Below, in pieces: positions 13,182-26,500 of a stretch of DNA of 64,000 nucleotides. The DNA is taken from the NCBI GenBank assembly GCA_965655095.1, contig OZ296654.1:26846001-26910000 (forward strand), written 5' to 3'. Below the pieces are notes generated by a model that worked only from the letters and a program-made list of their open reading frames with translations, did no database searches and was not told where the DNA came from. Made by a program: the position numbers and the translations under genes. The DNA is from Haplodiscus bocki. Its lineage: Eukaryota. Positions within the stretch are counted from its first letter, which is position 1, and each line of letters begins with the position of its first letter.

Positions 13182-16100
13182 ACGAAGGTGATTGCAATAT
13201 CCCGCTTTTCTCGGGATATTTATTACACTAGTACAACAAGTTAGTAGCTTGTGCAAAAATATCAGGTAGCATTTGTTGGCTTTTGATTGGCAGATCAAAA
13301 AGGTATAGAAGCAACAAGAAAAGACTAGGTTTTGACCCTTGTGCCCCCCGCGTAAAATACCAGACCAACAAAAAAATGTATCCTCATTTATTACATTGCT
13401 GAAACGGTTGAAATGATGTGAGCGGAACGACTCAAGGGCAACACCTCCAATGCCGTGTTGGTCTGATTTCATCAGTAGTTGGTCGTGGTATTTTGTTTCA
13501 CACACCTTCTTATCCAATAACACTGTAAACGAGGGGCAAAGAATTCAGCATACAAACGCCCTGAATTTTGAAATTTTCTGCACGAAGCCGTAAGTTTTCC
13601 TCACATTTCCTAAACCTATTTTTTCCTACGGATCGAATAAGATTTTCGCTTAGCTCTTTATGCAGATTACCAACTATACGTTGCTTTTTATACTGATAAA
13701 CTATACTTTGTTCTTCAATACCTCTTTCATCCTTACAAATCTACAATCCTTAGGACTCGTAAACGTGAGCAAAGCATCACAGTGGACACTCCAAAGCCTA
13801 AGCGGCCTATCAATGCGCGCCCTAAGCACAAAAAACGCTCAAATTTCGAATCAAAAAGGCTTTTACCGATAACACAGTTCCCAGTGTTTTTCAGATCAAA
13901 GTTTGAAAATTAGGCTATGTGAGTTTTTTGTAGTGTTCTGGTATTGCAAGTTGGTCCAACTGAAAAAAGGCACAAAATTCCATCTGGTACTTCAGAAGTA
14001 CTCTTTGAAACTTGTTTGTTATTTGGGGGATTGCAGTCTGCTGGTATTTAATCCCGACTAGAGATGGAAATTTGAAGCCTCCATAACGAACAAATTATTT
14101 AGCGATAGACTGAAGACAGCCAACAATCAGTCCTCAGACGCTATTTTGATACACAGTAAGTACATTATATGTTGCAATAAAGAAGTTAAATTTATCAGTT
14201 TTGTTTCCTGGACAAAATTCTCGCACAATCTTTCTCTGCAGTTTGAAATGTGGATACATTTTATTGGAAAGGCGTTTCCATATTCTTAACACCCGTCAGA
14301 AAAGTAGTTTTCAATGTAGGTTGTCTAGAAAGTTTTTGAATACGACCGGTATACGTATTGACGCATTGGGAAAACTGCTCATCTTTATGGCGACAGTTCT
14401 GTGAATTTTTGGCTCAATTGAAAATCAACTTTCAAACCTCTTTCACTATTCAGACCTTGGTTTTGAACTTTCTGGAACGCAGGAGTAGTTTTTCATCTAA
14501 ACTAACAATTGTTTCACATGATGTGAATGTGAAAGCGCAAAAAAAATTAGACTAATACAATAAGTTAGTAGCATGTACAAAAATATCAGGTTAGATTCAT
14601 TGACTTTTGATTGGCAGATCAATAGGGTTTAGGAGGAACAACAAAGGGTTAGGATTTGACCCTTCTGCCCCCCCCCCCCTCTGGTACAATAGCAGCACAA
14701 CAAAAGAAAGCATCACCATTTTTTACAATGTGAAAACGGTTGAAGTGATGTGAGCGGAGCCACTCAAGGGCAACAGCTCTAATGCCGTATTGGTCTGATT
14801 TCATCAATAGTTGGTCGTGGTTTTTTGTTTCACACTCTTTTGTATCCAATAACACTGCAAACGAGGGGTACATCATTCAGCGTACAAACGCCCTTAACTT
14901 TGAAGTTTTCTCGACGTTGCCGCAGGTTTTCCTCACACTTCCTAGGCTTATGTTTTCCTACAGATCATATAACTTTTCAGCCTAGCCATTCTTCTCAGAT
15001 TACAAACTTTACGTTGTTTATTAGACCGATAAACTAAACTTTGTTCTTCTTTATTTCTCTGATCCTTACAAGTCCAAGATCTCTGTGATTCATATATGTG
15101 AGCAAAGCATCAAAATGGAACACCCAGAGCCTAAGCGGGCTATCTATGCGCGCCCTAAAAAAGGTCAAATTTTGTCCCAAAAAGTTTTTTACCGATAAAA
15201 AAGTTCCCCTGTGTTTTTCTGATCAACGTTTGAACAATATGCTATGTGAGTTGTTTGTTGTGATCTGGTATTGCAAAATGATCTAATTGAAAAAAGGAAC
15301 AAAATACCATCTGGTATATGAAGAACAGTCTTTGCAACTTGTTCTTTATTTAGGGGGATTGTAGTCTGCTGGAACTTAATCCCCAGTAGGGAGAGAAATT
15401 TGAGGGTTCCATTACGAACAAGCTATTTAGACGACATATTGAAGACAGCCAACATTCTGTTTTCAGATGAAGTTTCAAAAGTCCTTGGACCTTTTGTTGA
15501 TACACAGTAAGTACATTATATGTTGCGATAAAGAAGTTAACATTATCAGTTTTGTTTTCGGAACAAACTTCTCGCAGAATCTCTCCCTGCAGTTTGAAAA
15601 TTGGATACAGTTTATTGTGAAGATGGATCCATTTTTTTAAAATCCGTCAGATATAGAGATTTCAATGTACGTTTTCTAGTAAGTAAATGAAATCGTCCGG
15701 TAAACGTATTGAAGCCTTGGGAAAACTGCTCATATTTATGGCGACAGTTTTGTGAAATTTTAGCTAAATTGAAAATCAACTTTCGAACCTCTATCAGTAT
15801 TCAAACATTAGTTTTTGAAATTTCTGGAATCCGGGAGTAGTTTTTCATCTAAACAAACAATTGTTTCTCATGATGTGAATGTGAAAACGCAAAGAAATAT
15901 TAGACTAGTACAAAAAGATAATAGCATGTGCAAAGATATCAGGTATGATTTGTTGACTTTTAATTGCAGATCAATATGGTATAGGAGGAACAACAAAAGA
16001 CCAGGTTTTGACCCTTGTGCCCCCCATCGGCGTACAATAGAAGCTCAACAAAAAAGTCCCCATTTCTTACACCGTGAAAACGGTTGAAATGATGTGAGCG

Positions 16101-17151
16101 GAACCACTCAAGGGCAACAGCTCTAATGCCGTATTGGTCTGATTTCAACAATAGTTGGTCGTGGTATTTTGTTTCACACACTTTTGTATCCAATAACACT
16201 GTAAACGAGGGGTACAGCATTCAGCATACAAGCGCCTTGAACTTTGAAGTTTTCTCGACGATGCCGTAGGTTTTTCCCACACTTCCTAGGCTTATGTTTT
16301 CCTACAGATCATATAACTTTTCAGCCTAGCCATTCTTTTCAGGTTACAAACTATACGTTGTTTATTAGCCCGATAAACCAAACTTTGTTCTTTTTTATTT
16401 CTCTGATCCTTACAAGTCCAAGATCTCTGTGATTCATATATGTGAGCAAAGCATCAAAATGGAACACCCAGAGCCTAAGCGGGCTATCTATGCGCGCCCT
16501 AAAAAAGGTCAAATTTTGTCCCAAAAAGTTTTTTACCGATAAAAAAGTTCCCCTGTGTTTTTCTGATCAACGTTTGAACAATATGCTATGTGAGTTGTTT
16601 GTTGTGATCTGGTATTGCAAAATGATCTAATTGAAAAAAGGAACAAAATACCATCTGGTATATGAAGAACAGTCTTTGCAACTTGTTCTTTATTTAGGGG
16701 GATTGTAGTCTGCTGGAACTTAATCCCCAGTAGGGAGAGAAATTTGAGGGTTCCATTACGAACAAGCTATTTAGACGACATATTGAAGACAGCCAACATT
16801 CTGTTTTCAGATGAAGTTTCAAAAGTCCTTGGACCTTTTGTTGATACACAGTAAGTACATCATATGTTGCGATAAAGAAGTTAACAATATCAGTTTTGTT
16901 TTCGGAACAAACTTCTCGCAGAATCTTTTCCTGCAGTTTGAAAATTGGATACAGTTTATTGTGAAGGTGGATCCATTTTTTTAAAATCCGTCAGATATAG
17001 AGATTTCAATGTACGTTTTCTAGTAAGTAAATGAAATCGTCCGGTATACGTATTGACGCCTTGGGAAAACTACTCAAATTTATGGCGACAGTTCTGTGAA
17101 AATTTGTATAAATTGAAAATCAACTTTCGAACCTCTATCACTATTCAAACC

Positions 17152-17541
17152 TTAGTTTTTGAAATTTCTGGAACCCGGCAGTAGTTTTTCATCTAAAGTA
17201 ACAATTGTTTCACATGATGTGAATGTGAAAGCGCAAAGAAAAATTAGACTAATACAATAAGTTAGTAGCATGTGCAAAAATATCAGGTATGATTTGTTGA
17301 CTTTTGATTGCAGATCAATATGGTATAGAAGGAACAACAAAGGACTAGGTTTTGACACTTGAGCCCCCACCGCGTACAATAGAAGCCAAACAAAAAAGTC
17401 CCCATTTTTTACACTGTGAAAACGGTTGAAATGATGTGAGCCTAACCACTCAAGGGCAACACCTCTAATGCCGTATTGGTCTGAATTCATCAGTAGTTGG
17501 TCGTGGTATTTTGTTTCACACATCTTCTTATCCAGTAACAC
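17152..17541 (-). pseudogene. RT-derived monomer segment (short form)
   Basis: LLDKKMCETKYHDQLLMNSDQYGIRGVALEWLGSHHFNRF...SKPSPLLFLLYHIDL. Confidence 0.85.
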
Positions 17542-17599
17542 TGTAAACGAGGGGTACAGTATTCAGCATACAAGCGCCTTGAACTTTGAAGTTTTCTCG

Positions 17600-20500
17600 A
17601 CGATTCCGTAGGTTTTCCCCACACTTCATACAGTTTTGTTTTCTTACAGATCATATAGGATTTTAGCGTAGCTCTTTTGCGCAGATTACCAACTATACGT
17701 TGTTTAATATACCGATAAATGTTTTTTGTTCTTCATCGTTTCTCTGATCCTTACAAATCCACAATCCTTAGGTTTCATAAATGTCAGAAAAGTATCAAAT
17801 TAGACGATCCAAAGTCTAAGCGGCCTATACATGCGCGCCCTAAAGCAAAAAAGTTCAAATTTTGTACCATAAAGGCTTTTACCGATAACACAGTTCCCCT
17901 TTGCTTTTGTGATCAATGTTTGAACAATAAACTATGTGAGTTTTTTCTTGCGATCTGGTATTGCAATTTGGTGTAACTAAAAGAAGGAACAAAATTCCAT
18001 CTGGTATATCAAAAATAGTCTTTGCAACTTGTTTGTTATTTGGGGGGATTGCAGTCTGCTGGAATTTAATCTCGAGTAGAGGCAGAAATTCGAGGGTCCC
18101 ATATCGAACAAGCTATTTAGACGACAGTTTGAACACAGTCAACATTCAGTTTTCAGATGAAAATTCAAAAGTCTTCAGACCTTCTTTTGATACACATTAA
18201 ATACCTTATATGTTGCAATAAGGAGGTAAACATTATCAGTTTTTTTTCGGAACAAACTTCTCGCAGAATTATTCTCTGCAGTTTCAAGTTGGATACACTT
18301 TATTGTAGAAGTGTTTCCACAGAATTGAAACCCGTCAGAAAAAAATTTCAATGTACGTTTTCTAGTAAGTATTTGTGTACGACCGGTATACGTATTGACG
18401 CCTTGGGAAAACTGCTCATCTTTATGGCGACAGTTCTGTGAAAATTTGGCTCAATTGAAAATCAACTTTCAAACCTCTATCACAATTCAGACCTTACTTT
18501 TTGAACTTTTCGTACTCCGGAAGTAGTTTTTCGTCTAAACTAACAATTGTTTTACATGATGTGAATGTGAAAGCACAAAGAAGTATTAGAATAGTACAAT
18601 AAGTTATTAGCATGTGCAAAACTATCAGGTATGAATTGTTGACTTTTGATTGGCAGATCTATAATGTATAGAAAGAACAATAAAGGACTAGATTTTGACC
18701 CTTGTGCCCCCCCCCCCGCGTACAATAGCAGCCTAACAAGACAATGTATCCCATATTTGTACATTGTGAAAACGGTTGAAGTGATGTGAGCGGAACCATT
18801 CAAGGACAATATCTATATTGCCGTATTGGTCTGATTTCATCAGTAGTTGGTCGTGGTATATTGTTTCACACACCTTCTTATCCCACGACACTGTAAACGA
18901 GGGGTACAGCATTCAGCATACAAGCGCCTTGAACTCTAATGTTTTCTCGACGATGCCCTAGGTTTTCCTCACACTTCGTACACTTATGTTTTCTTACAGA
19001 TCATATATGATTTTAGCGTAGCTCGTTTGTGCAGATTACCAACTATACGTTGTTTAAAAAACCGAAAAACGTTTCTTTGTTCTTCATCATTTCTCTGATC
19101 CTTACAAATCCACAATCCTTAGGTTTCACAAATGTGAGCAAAGCATCAAATTAGACCCTCCAAAGTCTAAGCGGCCTATCCATGCGCGCCTTAAAGCAAA
19201 AATGTTCAAATTTTGTACCATAAAGTTTTTACCGATAACACAGTTCCCGTTTGTTTTTCTGATCAATGTTTAAACAATAGGCTATGTGAGTTTCTTGTTG
19301 TGATGTGGTATTGCAATTTGGTCTAACTGAAAGAAGGAACCAAATTCCATCTGGTATATCAAAAGTAGTCTTTGCAACTTGTCTGTTATTTGGGGGGATT
19401 GCAGTCTGCTGGAATTTAATCTCGAGTAGAGGCAGAAATTCGAGGGTTCCATATCGAACAAGCTATTTAGACGACAGTTTGAAGACAGTCAACATTCAGT
19501 TTTCGGATGAAAATTCAAAAGTCTTTAGACATTTTTTTGATACACATTAAATACCCTATATGTTGCAATAAGGACGTAAACATTATCAGTTTTCTTTTCG
19601 GAACAAACTTCTCGCAGAATTATACTGTGCAGTTTCAAGTTGGTTACACTTTATTGTAGAAGTGTTTCCACAGATTTAAAACCCGTCAGAAAAAAATTTC
19701 ATTGTACGTTTTCTAGTAAGCAGTTGAGTACGACCGGTATACGTATTGACGCCTTGGGAAAACTGCTCATCTTTATGGCGACAGTTCTTTGAAAATTTGG
19801 CTCAATTGAAAATCAACTTTCAAACCTCTATCACAATTCAGACCTTAGTTTTTGAACTTTTCGGACTCCGGGAGTAGTTTTTCGTCTAAACTAACACTTG
19901 TTTTACATGATGTGAATGTGAAAGCACAAAGAAGTATTAGAATAGTACAATAGGTTATTAGCATGTGCAAAAATATCAGGTATGATTTGTTGACTTTTGA
20001 TGGGCAGATCAAAAATATAAAGAAAGAACAACAAAGGACTAGGTTTTGACCCTTCTCTCCCCCCTCTGGTACAATAGCAGCACAACAAAAGAAAGCATCA
20101 CCATTTTTTACAATGTGAAAACGGTTGAAAAGATGTGAGCTGAACGACTGAAAAGCGACACCTCTGATGCCGTATTGGTCTGATTTCATCAGTAGTTGGT
20201 CGTGGTAATTTGTATCACACACCTTCTTATCCAATGACACTGTAAACGAGGGGTACAGCATTCAGCATACAAACGAGCTTAAATCTGAATTTTTCTGCAC
20301 GAAGCCGTAGGTTTTCCTCACAATTCCTAAATTTGTGTTTTCCAATAGATCATATAAGATTTTAGCCTAGCTCTTTTATGCAGATTACCAACTGTACGTT
20401 GCTTTTTATACCGATAAACTATACATTGTTCTTCATTATTTCTCTGGTCCTTACAAATCCAAGATCCTCATGATTTATATACGTGAGCAAAGCATAAAAG

Positions 20501-23500
20501 TGGACACTCCAAAGCCTAAATGGCTTTTTCATGGGCGCACTAAAAACCAAAAAAAGTACAAATTTTGTACCACAAAAGTTTTTACTGATAACGCATTTCC
20601 CCAGTCTACTTCTGATCCAACTTTGAACATTACGCTATGTGAGTTTTTTTGTGTTCTGGTATTGCTATTTGGTCTAACTAAAAAAGGAACAAACTTCCAT
20701 TTGGTGTGTCAAAACTAGTCTTTGCAACTTGTTTGTTATTTGGGGGGATTGCAGTCTGCTGAAAATTAATCCCGAGTGGAGGCAGAAATTCGAGGGTTCC
20801 ATATAGAACAAGCTATTTAGACGACAGTTTGAAGACAGCCAACATTCAGTATTCGAATGAATTTTCAAAATTTTTTAGACCCTTTTTTGGTTCACAGTAA
20901 GGACATTATATGTTGCAATAAAGAAGGTAACATTATCAGTTTTCTTTTTGGAACAAACGTCTCGCAGAACTATTCTCTGCAGTTTCAAATTGGATACACC
21001 TTATTGTAGAAGTGTTTCCACAACTTTGAAACCGGTCAGAAAAAGAGTTTTCAATGTAAGTTTTCTAGTAATTCTTCGAATACGACCGGTATATGTTTTG
21101 AGGCATTGGGAAAACTATTCATTAATGTGGCGAAAGTTTTGTGAAACTTTTGCTCAATTGAAACTCAACTATCAAACCTCCCTCACTATTTAAACCTTAG
21201 TTTTTGAACTTTTCGGACTCCGGGAGTAATTTTTCGTCTAAAATAACAATTGTTTTACATGATACGAATGTAAAAGCACAAAGAATCTTAAGACTCGTAC
21301 AATAAGTTAGTACCTTGTGCCAAAACGTCAAGTAAGATGTGTTGATTTTTTCTGGCAGATCATTTAGCTATTGAGTAAACAACAAAGGACTGATTTTCGA
21401 CCATTATGGAAACCACCTAAACCCCCGGGCATACAGTGCAAGCCCAACCCGAGAAATTATCACCGACGTCTACAATGTGAAGCCGAATGAAGAGATAAGA
21501 ACTGAACCACTCAAGGGCAACACCTCTAATTCCGTATTGTTCTGATTTAACCACTAGCAGGGCGTGGTCTATTGTTTCACACAACTTCTTATCCCACGAC
21601 ACTGTAAACGAGGGAACAGCATTCAGCATACAAACGAGCTGAAATCTAAAGTTTTCTGCACGAAGCCGTGAATTTTCCTCACAATTCCTAAACTTATGTT
21701 TTCCTACAGATCATATAAGATTTTAGCCTAGCTCTTTTATGCAGATTACCAACTATACGTTGCTTTTTATACCGATAAACTATACATTGTTCTTCATTAT
21801 TTCTCTGGTCCTTACAAATCCAAGATCCTTATGATTCATATACGTGAGCAAAGCATCAAAGTGGACACTCCAAAGCCTAAATGGCTTCTTCATGGGCGCA
21901 CTAAAAACCAAAAAAAGTACAAATTTTGTACCACAAAGGTTTTTACTGATAACTCATTTCCCCAGTCTACTTCTGATCCAACTTTGAACATTACGCTACG
22001 TGAGTTTTTTTGTGTTCTGGTATTGCTATTTGGTCTAACTAAAAAAGGAACAAACTTCCATTTGGTATGTCAAAACTAGTCTTTGCAACTTGTTTGTTAT
22101 TTGGGGGGATTGCAGTCTGCTGAAAATTAATCCCGAGTGGAGGCAGAAATTCGAGGGTTCCATATAGAACAAGCTATTTAGACGACAGTTTGAAGACAGC
22201 CAACATTCAGTATTCGAATGAACTTTCAAAATTTTTTAGACCCTTTTTTGTTCACAGTAAGGACATTATATGTTGCAATAAAGAAGGTAACATTATCAGT
22301 TTTCTTTTCGGAACAAACGTCTCGCAGAACTATTCTCTGCAGTTTCAAATTGGATACACCTTATTGTAGAAGTGTTTCCACAACTTTGAAACCGGTCAGA
22401 AAAAGAGTTTTCAATGTAAGTTTTCTAGTAATTCTTCGAATACGACCGGTATATGTTTTGAGGCATTGGGAAAACTGTTCATAAATGTGGTGAAAGTTTT
22501 GTGAAACTTTTGCTCAATTGAAACTCAACTATCAAACCTCCCTCACTATTTAAACCTTAGTTTTTGAACTTTTCGGACTCCGGGAGTAGTTTTTCGTCTA
22601 AACTAACAATTGTTTTACATGATGTGAATGTGAAAGCACAAAGAAGTATTAGAATAGTACAATAAGTTATTATCATGTGCAAAAATATCAGGTATGATTT
22701 GTTGACTTTTGATTGGCAGATCTATAATGTATAGAAAGAACAATGAAGGAGTAGTTTTTGACCCTTGTGCCCCCCCGCGTACAATAGCAGCCTAACAAGA
22801 CAATGTATCCCATATTTGTACATTGTGAAAACGGTTGAAGTGATATGAGCGGAACCACTCAAGGACAATATCTATATTGCCGTATTGGTCTGATTTCATC
22901 AGTAGTTGGTCGTGGTATATTGTTTCACACACCTTCTTATCCCACGACACTGTAAACGAGGAGTACAGCATTCAGCATACAAGCGCCTTGAACTCTAAAG
23001 TTTTCTCGACGATGCCGTAGGTTTTCCTCACACTTCATACACTTATTTTTTCTTACAGATCATATATGATTTTAGCGTAGCTCTTTTGTGCAGATTATCA
23101 ACTATACGTTGTTTAATATACCGGAAAACTTTTCTTTGTTCTTCATCATTTCTCTGATCCTTACAAATCCACAATCCTTAGGTTTCATAAATGTGAGCAA
23201 AGCATCAAATTAGACCCTCCCAAAGTCTAAGTGGCCTATCCATGCGCGCCTTAAAGCAAAAATGTTCAAGTTTTGTTCCAAAAAGTTTTTACCGATAACA
23301 CAGTTCCCCTTTGTTTTTCTGATCAATGTTTGAACAATAGGCTATGTGAACTTTTGTTGTGATCTGGTATTGCAATTTGGTCTAACTGAAAGAAGGAACC
23401 AAATTCTATCTGGTATATCAAAAATAGTCTTTGTAACTTGTCTGTTTTTTGGGGGGACTGCAGTATGCTGGAATTTAATCTCGAGTAGAGGCAGAAATTC

Positions 23501-26500
23501 GAGGGTTCCATATCGAACAAGCTATTTAGACGACAGTTTGAAGACAGTGAACATTCAGTTTTCAGATGAAAATTCAAAAGTCTTTAGACCTTTTTTTGAT
23601 ACACATTAAATACCTTGTATGTTGCAATGAAGACGTAAAAATTATCAGTTTTCTTTCGGAACAAACTTCTCGCAGAATTATTCTCTGCAGTTTCAAGTTG
23701 GATACACTTTATTGTAGAAGTGTTTCCACAGGTTTAAAACCCGTCAGAAAAAAATTTCAATGTACGTTTTCTATTAAGTAGTTGAGTACGACCGGTATGC
23801 GTATTGACGCCTTGGGAAAACTGCTCATCTTTATGGCGACAGTTCTGTGAAAATTTGGCTCAATTGAAAATCAACTTTCAAACCTCTATCACAATTCAGA
23901 CCTTAGTTTTTGAACTTTTCGGACTCCGGGAGTAGTTTTTCGTCTAAACTAACAATTGTTTTACATGATGTGAATGTGAAAGCACAAAGAAGTATTAGAA
24001 TAGTACAATAAGTTATTAGCATGTGCAAAAATATCAGGTATGATTTGTTGACTTTTGATTGGCAGATCTATAATGTATAGAAAGAACATTGAAGGACTAG
24101 TTTTTGACCCTTGTGCCCCCCCGCGTACAATAGCAGCCTAACAAGACAATGTATCCCATATTTGTACATTGTGAAAACGGTTGAAGTGGTGTGAGCGGAA
24201 CCACTCAAGGACAATATCTATATTGCCGTATTGGTCTGATTTCATCAGTAGTTGGTCGTGGTGTATTGTTTCACACACCTTCTTATCCCACGACACTGTA
24301 AACGAGGGGTACAGCATTTAGCATACAAGCGCCTTGAACTCTAATGTTTTCTCGACGATGCTGTAGGTTTTCTTCACACTTCATACACTTATGTTTTCTT
24401 ACAGATCATATATGATTTTAGCGTAGCTCTTTTGTGCAGATTACCAACTATACGTTGTTTAATATACCGAAAAACTTTTCTTTGTTCTTCATCATTTCTC
24501 TGATCCTTACAAATCCACAATCCTTAGGTTTCACAAATGTGAGCAAAGCATCAAATTAGACCCTCCAAAGTCTAAGCGGCCTATCCATGCGCGCCTTAAA
24601 GCAAAAATGTTCAAATTTTGTACCACAAAGTTTTTACCGATAACACAGTTCCCGTTTGTTTTTCTGATCAATGTTTAAACAATAGGCTATGTGAGTTTCT
24701 TGTTGTGATGTGGTATTGCAATTTGGTCTAACTGAAAGGAGGAACCAAATTCCATCTGGTATATCAAAAATAGTCTTTGCAACTTGTCTGTTATTTGGGG
24801 GGATTGCAGTCTGCTGGAATTTAATCTCGAGTAGAGGCAGAAATTCGATGGTTCCATATCGAACAAACTATTTAGACGACAGTTTGAAGACAGCCAACAT
24901 TCAGTATTCGGATGAATTTCCAAAATTTTTTAGACCCTTTTTTGGTTCACAGTAAGGACATTATATGTTGCAATAAAGAAGTTAACATTATTAGTTTTCT
25001 TTTCTGAACACACTTCTCGCAGAACTCTTCTCTGCAGTTTTAATTTGGACACACTTTATTGTAGAATTGTTTCTACAGTTTTGAAACCCTTCAGAAATCG
25101 AGTTTTCAATGTACGTTTTCTAAAAAGTGTTCGAATACGACTAGTATACGTATTGACGCATTGGAAAAACTATTCATAATTGTGGCGAAAGTTTTGTGAA
25201 ACTTTTGCTCAATTGAAACTCAACTATAAAACTTCTATCACGATTCAGACCTTAGTTTCTGAACTTTTCGGGCTCCGGGAGTAGTTTTTCGTCTAAAATA
25301 ACAATTGTTTTACATGATGTGAATGTGAAAGCACAACGAAGTATTAGACTAGTACAATAAGTTATTAGCATGTGCAAAAATATCAGGTATGATTTGTTGA
25401 CTTTTGATTGGCAGATCTATAATGTATAGAAAGAACAACAAAGGACTAGTTTTTGACCCTTGTGCCACCCCCTACCCCCCGCGTACAATAGCAGCCTAAC
25501 AAGACAATGTATCCCACATTTGTACATTGTGGAAACGGTTGAAGTGATCTGAGCGGAACCACTCAAGGACAATATCTATATTGCCGTATTGGTCTGATTT
25601 CATCAGTAGTTGGTCGTGGTATATTGTTTCACACACCTTCTTATCCCACGACACTGTAAACGAGGGGTACAGCATTTAGCATACAAGCGCCTTGAACTCT
25701 AATGTTTTCTCGACGATGCCGTAGGTTTTCTTCACACTTCATACACTTATGTTTTCTTACAGATCATATATGATTTTAGCGTAGCTCTTTTGTGCAGATT
25801 ACCAACTATACGTTGTTTAATATACCGAAAAACTTATCTTTGTTCTTCATCATTTCTCTGATCCTTACAAATCCACAATCCTTAGGTTTCACAAATGTGA
25901 GCAAAGCATCAAATTAGACCCTCCAAAGTCTAAGCGGCCTATCCATGCGCGCCTTAAAGCAAAAATGTTCAAATTTTGTACCATAAAGTTTTTACCGATA
26001 ACACAGTTCCCGTTTTTTTTTCTGATCAATGATTGAACAATAGGCTATGTGAGTTTCTTGTTGTGATCTGGTATTGCAATTTGGTCTAACTGAAAGAAGG
26101 AACCAAATTCCATCTGATATATCAAAAATACTCTTTGCAACTTGTCTGTTATTTGGGGGGATTGCAGTCTGCTGGAATTTAATCTCGGGTAGAGGCAGAA
26201 ATTCGAGGGTTCCATATCGAACAAGCTATTTAGACGACAGTTTGAAGACAGTGAACATTCAGTTTTCAGATGAAAATTCAAAAGTCTTTAGACCTTTTTT
26301 TGATACACATTAAATACCTTGTATGTTGCAATGAAGACGTAAAAATTATCAGTTTTCTTTCGGAACAAACTTCTCGCAGAATTATTCTCTGCAGTTTCAA
26401 GTTGGATACACTTTATTGTAGAAGTGTTTCCACAGGTTTAAAACCCGTCAGAAAAAAAATTTCAATGTACGTTTTCTATTAAGTAGTTGAGTACGACCGG

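Larger units (their letters stand above)
12134..13220. mobile_element. Non-autonomous Helentron-associated element (HINE/DINE-1-like) inserted into one monomer
   Basis: It interrupts the monomer string aaagcacaaa|ttattacactagtac at an AA/TT site with no clear TSD. The 5' subterminal atcccgcgaaagc (12163-12175) is an imperfect inverted copy of gcttttctcgggat in the 3' terminal hairpin aatatcccg-cttttct-cgggatatt (13196-13220). Other HINE-typical parts: (AAAC)n/(AGAC)n microsatellites, the caaatttcatcaaaatcc core and an internal palindrome atccggatct-c-agatccggat (13007-13027). Confidence 0.75.

Noticed and set aside
17719-17976. Plus-strand frame DPYKS...QSIKVD.PKPK.P.H.RPK open in several monomers, as a possible exon
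   Set aside because: It is interrupted by stops or frameshifts in many copies, has no recognisable domain, and trial splicing did not produce a consistent ORF.
19730-19752. Conserved overlapping palindromes acgACCGGTATACGTATtgacg in each monomer as a protein-binding box
   Set aside because: Short palindromes are expected by chance, flank copies diverge here, and I cannot show excess conservation without an alignment.
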